Shown in pieces: positions 25,861 to 37,989 of a stretch of 64,000 nt of DNA. The notes beneath the pieces were generated by a model. It saw nothing but the letters and a program-made list of their open reading frames with translations. It did not search any database and was not told the DNA's origin. The stretch lies in NCBI GenBank assembly GCA_030390025.1, contig CM059432.1:47308001-47372000 (forward strand), read 5' to 3'. The DNA comes from Squalus acanthias. Taxonomy: Eukaryota. A program made the translations under genes and the position numbers. Each line of letters begins with the position of its first letter. Within the stretch, counting starts at the first letter, position 1.

Positions 25861-27400
25861 CTATTGGAGTAAAAATATCCAGCCAAAGCCAAGGCATTTG
25901 ATAAAAGTCGAGGCTTTGCAGTAAAACTTTTAATGATGGTATTAAAAGATACAAGACAATTTAATGGTCAAATTTACTTGTGTTATTGTAATATTTTTGA
26001 GTTTACTTTGGACATTATAAATGTCAGTAACTGATAAAAATTGACAGGCAAAAAAAATTTTTTTAAGCTTTTTGAGTGATCCAATTGGTTCATCAACAGT
26101 GACAGACTACTGTTTGCATAGGAAACTTAAATTATAAATGTTTCTATTGGGATTTTCTATATTAAATATTGACAAAAGTAGTGACTACAGGAAGTGAAAT
26201 TTGTGAACTGGAAGTGCTTCTGCTCTCTAGGTTGAGTTAGAATCTACATTCTGTAAGTGTGGCTAGAAATGACCTTAGATAGGTTTATAAGGGGAGAGGA
26301 CACCAACACCTTTTGAAGTCCACTTTGATAGACAGTTCTATAGCTCAATTATGAAGGATAAAGAGGGAAAAACCCTTGTTCGGCTCACCAGTTTTGCCTT
26401 GTATTATAGTATTACAGCTTATGTGGATGGGTTCTTGTGGAGCTCCATGGGCTATTATGAACACCTATGTACAAGAGTTACAGTACAATTGTTAACCCAG
26501 ATGAGTATCAGAGTTAGCAAAGTGTCATGTCTTGTACCTGAGGAGACAGTAAAAGTTAAAAGTTCTATGAATCATAAATTACATATGGAAAGCATAAAAT
26601 GAATAGTTTTGTAAACATATGTATGAATGTACATATGTATAAAAGTTTCATAAAATATGTGAAGGTACATTCAGGAACCCAATAAAGAAGTTCTGTGAAA
26701 ATATAGTGTAAGCTGTTACATTGTCTCTTGCTTTGACTTACTTTTAATAAAGTTGCACCAGTCAACAGAATGTTTATTTTTCCACTTTCCAAAGTCCAGG
26801 AGGTCACAAGAGGACTTGCGCCATATCGAGTGCGCTAAATACAGTAGCATAGTAAGTGTTTCCATTCGACCCCAAAGCTACATTAATAAATATTAAGCAG
26901 CACTAACTAATACAAAGGCTTGCTTAGGGCAATGTTTTTTGGAGCAGAGCACAAGTATCTAGGTAAAAGCCAAAAGTGTTACTGCCCTCTGATTCTAGCC
27001 TTCATTGTATCCTCCCCTTCTTCTGCTCCACCACTGGTGGCACTGCCTTCAATCATTAGCCATCTCTGCCCTATTCTCTATGACTCGCTCCCTAAACTCC
27101 TCCAACTCTCACTCTACCTTTAAAAGCTTTCTCAAAGCCTACCTCTTCAACAAACCTTTTGGTCACCTTGCCCATAGCAGCTATTCCTTGCTTTCTTTGT
27201 GAAGCATCATTGATGTTTTCCTACATTAAAGGGTGGAATATAAACACAAATTGAAAAAAATTGTCTTTCAGTAGCACTGGGGACGAGATAAGGATGGAAG
27301 AATTCTGCAAAGGCAAACATAAGTTAATGTTCAAAAGAGGCCGGCAATGAGGAAACAGACTGAGGTAAAATTAGGATTGGAATAAGGAAAAGGTCTAGAT

Positions 27401-27621
27401 CTCAGGTTTTCAAACTGAAAGCCTTGTACCCTAGTATATCCCCAATAGAGTTCCCAAGGGCTCTGCAATGGCTGAAGATTTTTCTCAATCTCCATTCTTC
27501 TATATTTGTTGATTTGCTATTATGAAAGGGATTCATGAAAGTATGTCAACATTTGCTGGAGCTCCCTGGGAGCAGTATCAATGCAGGAGTTACCCCACAT
27601 AGAAGAGTTTGCGAAGTACTG
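27401..27621. mobile_element. 221-bp hAT-Charlie-type MITE
   Basis: 8-bp TSD GTCTAGAT / GTCTGGAT (Charlie NTCTAGAN target); degenerate ...CAAACT TIRs. Confidence 0.7.
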
Positions 27622-27684
27622 GTCTGGATTTGCTGATTGAGGAGTTGTTTGGGGTTCCTCAGCAGGCCATTCAGAGTGAAATCA

Positions 27685-27897
27685 GGTAGAACTTTTTACA
27701 CAAAGGGTAGTGGAAATCTGGGATTCTCTGCCCCAAAAGGCTATGGATGCTGGGTCAATTGAAATTTCCAAGATGGTGATTGACAGGTTTTTATGAGTTA
27801 AGGGTACCAAGAGATATGGAGCAAAGGCGGGTAAATGGAGTTTAATTGCATGGCAGAGCAGGCATGAGGGGCTAAAGGGCCAACTCCTGTTCCTATG
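27685..27897 (+). mobile_element. CR1 3'-end fragment
   Basis: FTQRVVEIWDSLP-coding region plus 3' tail. Confidence 0.75.
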
Positions 27898-28393
27898 TAG
27901 AGGACTCAGCATTGTATAGGACTCAGCATAGTGGAAGAGGGAAAGCAGAGCAAGTCCTGATGCTCGAACATTAAAGTCAACAAGAATGGTGATTTCACCA
28001 GAGGGGAAGTTAGATTTAATTGATGGGAAACTACTCGACAATAAGTTAAAAAGTTCTAGAGTTATAAAGGTTCACAACAGCAATGGAGATAGCAAATGAA
28101 TTTAGTGAAGTGAGGGTGAAGTACTTTTAGCCAGAGCAGATCAAAGTCCAATGATTCAAGGGAGCTAAGGGGAGCAGCTGAGACATCGGAATGAATTATA
28201 AGTCTATGTACCACCTTTTGATCAGAAGTGGAAAATAAAACATGAGGGCAAATTGAAGGGAGGGGAGAGGGGGGGGGGGGGGGGGGGGGGAAGGTGAAAC
28301 TTGGTTTTCAGTGAGGAAAGCATGCAGAACGAAGAACATAGAGGATACTGTATGACTATACAGGGAGCAGCACTCTATACCAGTGTTGTCCTT

Positions 28394-29136
28394 GGCCTAG
28401 AAATTGCGGTCGGAGGCGCACCTCCGGAGTACACCTCCGACCCGTGAAACAATTCAAAAGTACCTCCTGGCGACCAGGCTGCGAAGAGTTACAGTCTCAG
28501 GCCTCCAGGCGGAGGGCAGCGTAAAGGCCCACAGATCTCAGGGATGCAGGTGGTTCGGAGACATCCCTGGGATCACGTGGGCCCGGTCGTCCGATGACAA
28601 AGGAGAATTCCATTGCAATCATTTACGAAGGGAATCCCTAATGATATGCAATTGAATCCCCAAATAATTAGAGAATGTACTGAATTGCAATTTTATTCAT
28701 AAGTTCCTTCATTGCACCAACCTCAATAAAAAATTTAATTTTTTGATAAATAATTTTAAACATCTTAATCCAGGCCATATATTTTCATAAACTCATTTAA
28801 AGTGTATGTGTATAATTTTGGATTTTTAAATGTTTTAGTTAAGCCTTATACACCCTTACGCTGATGCAAACAGGCCCTATACCTGCTGTTACCAGCTGTA
28901 AGAGTTGCGTGGGCAATTGCTGGGCAGTTGTTGGGCAAATAGCCCAACTCTGTGCCAGCAATATTCATTTTTCAGGCGGTTTGAATGATCTGTCAGGGCT
29001 TACCTTGACAGATCGCAAGTTCCGGATTTCAGGCATGCGCAAACACATACGGAAATCCAGAACTTGCGGGGCCTTTCAAAGGGAATACGATGGCGGACTC
29101 AGAGTACACGGTCGCAGACACCGCAATTTCAGTGCC
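28394..29136. mobile_element. MITE, probably PIF/Harbinger-type
   Basis: TIRs GGCCTAGAAATTGCGGT / GGCACTGAAATTGCGGT (reverse complement); GC-rich arms and AT-rich centre. TSD unclear. Confidence 0.65.
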
Positions 29137-30499
29137 ACTAGCCACAGGTGGCAACACCACTATAGCCACATGCACTAATTTTAACTCAAACAATACAAGT
29201 ACATGTACTTCACACATGTATGTTTACTTATCGAACATCTACCACTATTCAGTAGCCAAGGAAGTAAAGCACTCACAATGATGAATAAACACACTCTCAC
29301 TTTGCTGTTTTACCAACAAACAAAATGGTTAAAGTACACATGCATGAGTATTAAGAGCATATGCCCAAGGATGGTATCTATTACTCATTTATTATTTACT
29401 AATCAGTAATGCAATTAGCCACATCTTGATTCCCAATCAGCGACATGTGATTAATGTACTGGACAACACTGCTCTATACCTCCATCTGCAAAAGGCTGGG
29501 GTAAGAAAGATCAAAACTACCTTCAACTGCAGTAAACTAGAGGAAAGGGCTGTTGAAAAGTACAGTACCTCCATTTACACAGTAGATGGGGAAGGGCTGG
29601 TGGTCAGATCAAAAGTAAACCACCATATGGGTTATACACGTGGCCATCTCCATAGCCTGAACGAACTAGAATCAAAACGTGACATTTTATTTACATTACA
29701 GTTGCCTACCCATAATATATCTGAAATAATACTTGGGCAAAATCTTAAATTAAGTACTCAAATCAAAGCGGACCTAGACTTCAGGTATTGTCCATTTAGT
29801 CTAGCCTGATAAACAAGCAACCTGCCTGCAACTGACTGATTTATCTCACTGCACTGGGATTTGAGCAATACGTCTTCATAGTTTAACCTAAGGCTCACAC
29901 AGCTCCACTGCAGCACATTCTAGACAACATTATCATGTAGTCCCGATGTCCCAACTGTATTAAGCTCATATCAATACAATATTCATGCTTAAAAGATGCT
30001 GGGAGCTAGCAATGAGGGAACCAGAGCCCTAAAGCACCAAGAAAACCAATGCAACCAGAAATTAAACTAAATAGAATACAATGAAACAAAATAATAAAAT
30101 CAGGATATCAAATAACAAATTAGGCAACCCTCATAAGACAAGAGACAGAATGAAAAGTTGCAATAATTGTGCAAATGGTATACCAAAATAAAATTCTAAA
30201 GATACACAAAAACAACAAATAGAATCAAAAATATGTAGTGCGAAAGCAACACTGCAATGTAACCACGAAATGATGTAATTTCACTATCACTACTGTATGC
30301 TACTGTAATTTAATTCAGCCTCGAAATAGACCATACTACTTCAAAATAGCAACCAGTTACAAAAATACTAATGCAATATATAAATACTAAATTCATCCAT
30401 GATTACTGTACATTACAAGTCTACAAATGTAAAATATTTTACACAAGTAGAAAAACTAAAGATGCCGTGTGGGCTCTCAAATACGTAAACAGAAGTAGT

Positions 30500-31560
30500 T
30501 TAAAACTGGATTCTTAAAGAGCTCTACCCTCTGTACGGGGGGGCGGGGGGGGACGGGGGACGATTACTCACTACCCACCCCCCACAATTTATGCAGACGA
30601 CACAGCTTTGAGTAATGGACAAAGTTTGCAATAGCGTCCAACCCCTTCACTCCCACCATTACAACTTGTGTGTGATTTGCCACCCATTGACGATGGATGA
30701 GCGACATCTCTCGCCCTCCTTTCTCTTTGGGGAGTGCGGAAAGAAAGAGACATGTTTGCAGACGTTCGTTTACCCTAAAAGTTCCTGTTCCTTTCCCAGT
30801 CTCCTTCGCTTGTTTACCTCCCCGTGTCCACACCAAATGTTACAATCCTCAGACTCTAGTTTTCGTTCTGCGGGGGGAGCTATTTAAGAGAACCGCGGAA
30901 TTCTTACAGCACAGAAACAGGCCGCTCGGCTAATTAAATCTGCACCAATATTTTCCGCCTACCTTTTACGTCGTGTTAAAATGCATGAAAAATGACCGTG
31001 TCTCTCCTTTGATTCCAACAAAAAAAAAGAATTTTAACCAGCAGTGTGCTCCGCGAAATCCGCCACCGGGCAACTCGAAGCCAAGTGCAGCCTGACTTCT
31101 ACAGTCCCCACGCTTAATTGCAGCCTTTTCCTCTCTTACCCAACCTGACTACGCCCTCGAAAGTTTCAACACTGGCAATTAAACGTACATCTTAATATCA
31201 GAGGTCGCATTTTTAGACTGAAAACAAAACATTTAATCTGAATATAGAAAATTACCTGAAAAGTGACCGAAACTCCCGAAATAATTCCTTTTGGTCTGGA
31301 CAGATTATTAGAACCAGAGGAAAGAGAAAAGAAATACGTCGACACTAATTGGCGTTGCTAGCCAAATCTTTGCTGTAAGAATATTTGTTACTCATCCAAA
31401 CAGGTAGCTAGAATAACAAATAAAAAGGCGACCGGCACTGCACTAACTTCAGACTGAGGAGCTATTGTTTCCTCTCAAGTCGAGCTTTAGTGAGTCACCA
31501 CCTCAACTTCCCAGAGCCTGCCTACTGCACGCACTGCGCATGCAGCTATCAAAAATGGAA
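30500..31560 (-). promoter_or_regulatory. Putative promoter / first-exon region of copine copy A
   Basis: Local CpG enrichment in unique sequence. NRF1-like CTGCGCATGC at ~31534-31543, AP-1 TGAGTCA at 31491-31497, GC box near 30540. Candidate minus-strand donors at 31255 (CAG|GTAATT), 31139 (GG|GTAAGA), 30962 (AAG|GTAGGC) and 30571 (GTA|GTGAGT). Confidence 0.55.
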
Positions 31561-31794
31561 GTAGACTTGACTCATGCGATGAACAAGTTGCGGAAGAAAG
31601 CCCTTTGGCCCATCTTAATTGAAACCTGACGTCCCCCTATTGTAGCATCCGATTGCTTTAGCCTCCATTATTCTATCTAGAAGTTTATTCATAAATTAAC
31701 TGCTCTCTGTGTGGATTAATTTTCGGATAACAGTCCTATAGTTTGAATCTGGGTCCCCTAGTTGTACTCCCACTTTTAATTTAATTTAAAGCCA

Positions 31795-32213
31795 GAAGGT
31801 TGTGGGTTCAAGTCCCACTCCAGGGACTTGAGCTCATAAAGCTAGGCTGACACTCCAGTGCAGTGCTGAGGGAGTGCTGCACTGTCAGAGGTGCCGTCTT
31901 TCGGATGGGATGTGAAACCAAGGCCCCATCTGCTCTCTCAGGCAGATGTAAAAGATCCCTTGGCACTATTTCGAAGAAGAGCAGGGGCATTATCCCCGGT
32001 GTCCTGGCCAATATTTATCCTCAACCAACATAACAAAAACAGATTATCTGGTCATTATCACATTGCTGTTTGTGGGAGCTTGCTGTGTGCAAATTGGCTG
32101 CCGCATTTCCCACATTACAACAGTGACTCCACTTCAAAAAGTACATTGGCTGTAAAGCGCTTTGAGATGTCTGGTGGTCGTGAAAGGTGCTATATAAATG
32201 CAAGTCTTTCTTT
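31795..32213 (+). mobile_element. Deu-domain SINE (5'-truncated)
   Basis: Reverse-complement homologue of 17821-18265. Confidence 0.85.
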
Positions 32214-33009
32214 AATATTCTATGATAACTTTTTCTATGCCTTTAAAATCTTATATATCTCTATAACATCATCTCTGGAATGCCTCCTTTCAAGACTGAA
32301 AAGCTCTGGTCTGTCCAGTCTTTGCCTTTGGGGATCAGCCTTGTGGCTCTTCTCTGCACTAACTCCAGCGCTTGAATGTCTCGTTTCTCATCAATGAGAA
32401 CTGACTACAGTATTCGAGGTGTGGTCTTAACAGTACACTATGAAGTTTGGTTACTAACTCATCTTGACTTGTATCCTGTTTGTTTTATTGATGGCTGCTC
32501 TGCATTGGTTTAACATATTTAGCGTTCAGTCTATTAAAATTCCACGGTCTCTTTCAGCCTCATACTTAGCTATTTCAAACTATTCATGGGGTATGCGCAT
32601 TGTCTATATTTTCTTCCTACGTGAAGGCAAGTTATTGGTGAATGAATAACTAGAGGAGCAGAAAATTCCTCCAACTAAATATTGGGAAGACCGAAGCATT
32701 GTCTTCAGTCCCCGCCACGAAATCCGTTCCCTAGCCATCAACTCCATCCCTCTCCCTGGCAACTGTCTGAGCCTGAACCAGACCGTTCACAACCTTGGTG
32801 TCATATTTGACCCAGAGAGGAGCTTCTGACCACATATCTGTCTACTTCCACCTCTGTAACATTGCCCAACTCCGCCCCTGCCTAAGCCCATCTGCTGCTG
32901 AAACCCTCATCCATGCCTTTGTTACCGCTGGACTTGACTATTCCAACACTCTCCTGGCTGGCTGACCATCTTCCTACATTACAACAGTGACTACACTTCA
33001 AAAAGTACT

Positions 33010-34035
33010 TAGAATCATAGAATGGTTAGAGCACAGAAGGAGGCCATTCGGCCCACCGAGCCCGTGCCGGCTCTCTGCAAGAGCACTTCAGCTAGTCCCA
33101 CTCCCCCGCCCTTTCCCCATAGCCCTGAAATTGTTTTCCATTCCCTTTTGAAAACCACGATTGAGTCTGCCTCCACCACCCTTTCAAGCAGTGCATTCCA
33201 GATCTTAACCAATCGCTGAGTAAAAAAGTTTTTCCTTATGTTGCCTTTGGTTCTTTTGCCAATCACCTTAAATCTGTGTCCTCTGGTTCTCAACCCTTTC
33301 ACCAATGGGAACAGTTTCTCATTGTCTAGACCCCTCATGATTTTGAACACCTCTATCAAATCTCCTCTCAACCTTCTCTGCTCTAAGGAGAACAACCCCA
33401 GCTTCTCTAGTCTATCCACATAACTGAAGTCCCTCATCCCTGGAATCATTCTCGTAATTTTTTTTAACCCTCTCTAAGGCCATCACATCCTTCCTAAAGT
33501 GCGGTGCCCAGAATTGGACACAATACTCCAGTTGAGGCCTGAACCAGTGTTTTATAAAGGTTCATCATAACTTCCTTGCTTTTGTACGCTATGCCTCTAT
33601 TTATGAAGCCCAGTATCCTGTCTGCTTTTTTAACTGGTTTCTCAACCTGCCCTGCCACCTTTAACTATTTGTACACATATACCCCCAGGTCTCTCTGTTC
33701 ATGCACCCCTCTTTAGGATTGTACCATTTAATTTACATTGCCTCTCCTCGTTCTTCCTACCAAAATGTATCACTTCACACTTTTCCGTGTTAAATTTCAT
33801 CTGCCACGTGTTCACCCATTTCACCAGTCTGACTATGTCTTCTTGAAGTCTATCACTATCCTCTTCACTGTTCACTATACTTCCAACTTTTGTGTCATCT
33901 ACAAATTTTGAAATTGTGCCCTGTACTCCCAAGTCCAAGTCATTAATAGATATCAAGAAAAGCAGTGGTCCTAGTACCGACCCCTGGGGAACACCACTGT
34001 GTACCTTCCTCCAGTCTGAAAATCAACTGTTCACC
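33010..34035 (-). mobile_element. CR1 3' fragment
   Basis: RT ORFs 33015-33449 and 33699-33956. Confidence 0.85.
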
Positions 34036-34134
34036 AAATTAGTCAAATTTTTTGTCTTATACTTCTGTGAAGCGCCTTGGGACGTTTTACTGCGTTAAAG
34101 GCACTATATAGATACAAGTTGTTGTTGTTGTTGT

Positions 34135-37100
34135 TTGGTGAAGACAGATGCAAAGTATTCATTTAGTACCTCAGCTATGTCCTCTGCCTCCATGTGTAGA
34201 TCTCATTTTTGGACCCTAATCAGCCCCACCCCTTCTCTTACTACCCATTTATTATTTATATGCCTATAGAAGACTTTTGAATTACCTTTTATTGAAGGGA
34301 TAATTACAAGTCCTAGCCCATCTCGGGCTACCCCAGATCAGGCGTATTCCCCAGACGTTCCCCTTCAACTAAAGTTAGAGATAGCCGAATCCTATAAGAC
34401 GCTTAATTGGGTCTAAAGGTCCAGGCTCTCTCTCCCTAAAGGAAAGAAACGACTTGAAGATATTACCATCCTCCAGAAAGCACTTTTAATAAGTTTAACT
34501 AGACTGTAACCTTCCGGATATTATGAGGGTCCAGAAAACCCCCCCAGAATTCTGCAACTCCTCCCAAAAGAGTGTACATAGATTTGAGTTCGCGAGTTTG
34601 ATACAGAAGTACTCTGTGAGACAATTCTAAAAATATATAGATTTATTAAGGAACTGACATTTAGTTAACAGCTGGTGAGTCAATCGCAACTTTAACAGTT
34701 CAAAATACAAATAGCTTACAATTCTTATTCTCAGAGATCCTTATTCTCAAATCTTAATTTCGTTACATTTTTACATTTCTACTTATTCTTAATCCAGAAT
34801 ATCCACCAAAATCAAGTAAAAGTACCGTTTGATCCCCGAGACTCAAAGAGTTAAAAACTTACAGAGCTTGCCTCTGAAGCTGAGAATCGCCTGCCCGTTC
34901 CAATGACTTGTTTTCCCATTTGAAAATCCCATATCTTATACTCTTTTTGCAGTGGTATCTCCTTTGAAGTTTTCTGCTGATGTAAGCTAATTATCTCTAG
35001 TCAGTCTTTCTGTTGACTTCTTTCTATTCTTACTGTTAGTTCAGCTGCTAACTCTCAGAATCCTGTCTGCTGTATAGGTGTTTCATAACTTATCTTATAA
35101 AATGGTTATTACAGATTTATCTCTGATGCCATTCTTACGAAGGTTTTCAATTCAATTCTTAATATCCCCTTAACTGGTTATAAGCAGACGTTATGTCTAC
35201 TAACTGTTCCATTTTCAATACAAATACAATGTGATTGCTTGGTGTCATCTATTGATATTATATCTTCAAAGTGTTCTGTAGGTATCATATTTACAATATG
35301 TAAATCAAAACCACTTCAGCCAGGGTGTTCCATGCATTTCTTAGCTACTTCAATTGGTTGTATATATAATTGTGTTTCCTGTTTCATTTGATGTTACTTT
35401 TACAAAGGCACATGGTTTTTTAATGTTCTGTGTTTCTGTTCGAAGTGTTATTTTTTAACACTTTAAACTGGGTATAGCATTGTGTTGGTTCCAAACTGCA
35501 GACTCCTTGGAAGCAAGCCTTTGCTTCTTCAATAGGGCCATTGTCTCAGTGTCAATAACCATTTCCCATTTCAAAAGCTTGTATGGTGTTTACAGCTTTG
35601 TGTTAACAAGCTCATCTTATCTCAGAAGCCTGTATTTACAGCTTTGTGTCATTGAGGCTTTTAGATTTTTAAACCCAGTTTGTCATATTTTAATAATGTC
35701 AGAATTCTGTTCATAGGATGGTGTATTTTTCTGAAATATGGCTATTCCTTTACATTATGTTAGCTGCCAATCTATTCTCATAATCTCTCTCTTTGCCCCT
35801 CTCATTTTCTTTTTCACTTCCCCTCTGAACTTTCTATATTCAGCCTGATTATTGCTTGTATTCTCAACATGACATCTGTCATACACGCCCTTTTTCTGCT
35901 TCATCTTACTCTCTATCTCCTTCATCATCCAGGGAGCTCTGGCTTTTGTTTCCCTACCTTTCCCCCTCATGGGAATGTACCTCGACTGTAACTGAACCAT
36001 TGATTACAGCTTTGCCTGCCAATCTTTGATTCCAATTTACCCGGGCCAGATCCGTTCTCAACTCACTGAAATTGGCCTTCCTCCAATTAAATATTTCTAC
36101 TCTAGATTGCTCCCTGTCCTTTTCCACAGCTAATCTAAACCTTATTAAAGTATGATCACTGTTCCCTAAGTGTTCACCTACTGACACTTGCTCCACTTGA
36201 CTCACCTCATTCCCCAGAACCAGATCCAGCAATGTTTCTTTCCTTGTTGGGCTGGAAAGGTACTGATCTGGAAAGTTCTCCTGAACACACTTCAGAAATT
36301 CTTCCCCCTCTCTGCCCTTTACACTATTACTATCCCAGTCTATATTAGGATAATTGAAGTCCCCCATTATTACTACTCTATAGTGCTTGCACCTCTCTGT
36401 AATTTCCCTGCAAATTTGCTCCTCTATATCTTTCCCACTAGTTGGTGGCCTATAGAATACACCTAGTAGTGTAATGGCACCTCTATTATTTCTTAACTCT
36501 AACCAACTGGATTCTGTTCTTGACCCCCTCCAGGACATCCTCTCTCTCCCCAACACTAACATTCTCCTTAACCAATACTGCCACCCCACCTCCTTTCTTT
36601 CCTTCCCTCTCTTTCCTGAACACCTTATATCCAGAATATTTAAAACCCAATTCTTCCATTTTTTGAGCCAGGTCTCCGTTATCACCACAAAATCATATTT
36701 CCATGTGGCTATTTGCGCCTGCAGCTCACCAACCTTATTTACCACACTTTGTGCGTTTACACACATGCACTGTAAACCTGTCTTAGACCTTCTTATATTC
36801 TCTTAGTCTGACCTCACCTAATAACTTACTATTTCTTACTCTAGTGCTATATGTCTCTCCCAATCCTTTGTGCACTTGTTTCTCCTTTCTATTGCTACAT
36901 CCTGGTGCCCATCTCCCTACCAAATTAGTTTAACCCCTCCCCAACAGCACTAGCAAACCCCACCGCAGGGACATTGGTTCCGGCTCTGTTGAGGTGCAAC
37001 CCGTCTGGCCTGTACAGGTCCCACCTCCCCCAGAACCGGTCCCAATGTCCCAGGAATCTGAAGCCCTTCCTCCTGCACCATCTCTCCAGCCACACATTCA

Positions 37101-37165
37101 TCTTCTCTATCCTTCTATTTCTATACTCACTAGCTTGTGGCACAGGGAGTAATCCAAAGATTACA
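34135..37165 (-). mobile_element. CR1 5'/central fragment (esterase C-terminus and APE), interrupted by the solo LTR
   Basis: ORFs 36925-37170 (DGLHLN) and 35954-36766 (ITETWL, IMGDFN, LDLVL). Confidence 0.85.
34293..35754 (-). mobile_element. 1462-bp solo LTR (retroviral-like, possibly foamy-like)
   Basis: TG...CA termini and perfect 4-bp TSD TTAT (34289-34292 and 35755-35758); the host CR1 rejoins cleanly. On the minus strand: TATAAG at 34940, GTAAGT donor at 34862, AATAAA at 34647-34642. Confidence 0.8.
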
Positions 37166-37254
37166 ACCAAAGCGCTTCATTGGCTGTAAAGCACTTTGGG
37201 ACGTCCGATGGTTGTGAAAGGCGCTATATAAATGCAAGTCTTTCTTTCTTTCAT

Positions 37255-37775
37255 TCCACCATTCATAAACTTGAGCTCATTCAAAACTCTGCTGCCCATA
37301 TCCTAACTTGCACCAAATCCCATTCACCCATCACTAGTGCTTGCTGACCTACATTGGCTCCCTGTCCGGCAACACCTCAATTTTAAAATTCTTATCCTTG
37401 TTTTCAAATCCCTCAATGGCGTCACCCATCCCTATCTCTGCAACCTCCTCCAGTCCTACGACCCTCCGCGATCTCTGCAGTCCTCCAATTCTGGCCTCTT
37501 GTGCATCCCCTATTTTAATCACTCCACCATTAGTAGCTAGCTTTCAGCTGCCTAGGCTCTAAACTCTGGAATTCCTTCCTTAAAACTCTCTGCCCCTCTC
37601 TCCTCCTTTAAGATGCTCCTTAAAAGCTATCTCTTTGACCAAGCTTTTGGTCATGTCCTAATATCTCATGTGGCTTGGTGTCAAATTCTGTTTGATAACG
37701 CTCCTGCGAAGTGCCTTGGGATGTTTTACTATGTTAAAGGTGCTATATAAATGCACGTTGTTGTTCCTGTTGTTG
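37255..37775 (+). mobile_element. L2 3' fragment
   Basis: LADLHWLPV motif; (GTT)n tail. Confidence 0.8.
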
Positions 37776-37989
37776 TATAGTCTTGGGAGATGCTTATTTG
37801 GAGGAATTTAATTTCCTTATTTCTTTTATTTAAACTGTTGTGGAATTTAAATCATGCACATTATAATGGTGACAGCTTTGTGCATTACAAAATGCATACA
37901 AAAACTAAATAGGATAATGGAAAATATTTGAAGAATTATGTTAACTCATCATTTATTGATTTTACTCTACAGCCCTTTTATTTGTTACA

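Noticed and set aside
28262..28290. Poly-G tract as a functional G-quadruplex
   Set aside because: Simple homopolymer whose length may be a sequencing artefact; no supporting context.
31480..31492. 13-bp match TCGAGCTTTAGTG to the reverse complement of 7639-7651, suggesting a repeat-derived promoter
   Set aside because: Matches of this length are expected by chance in a 64-kb self-comparison, and the extension is poor.
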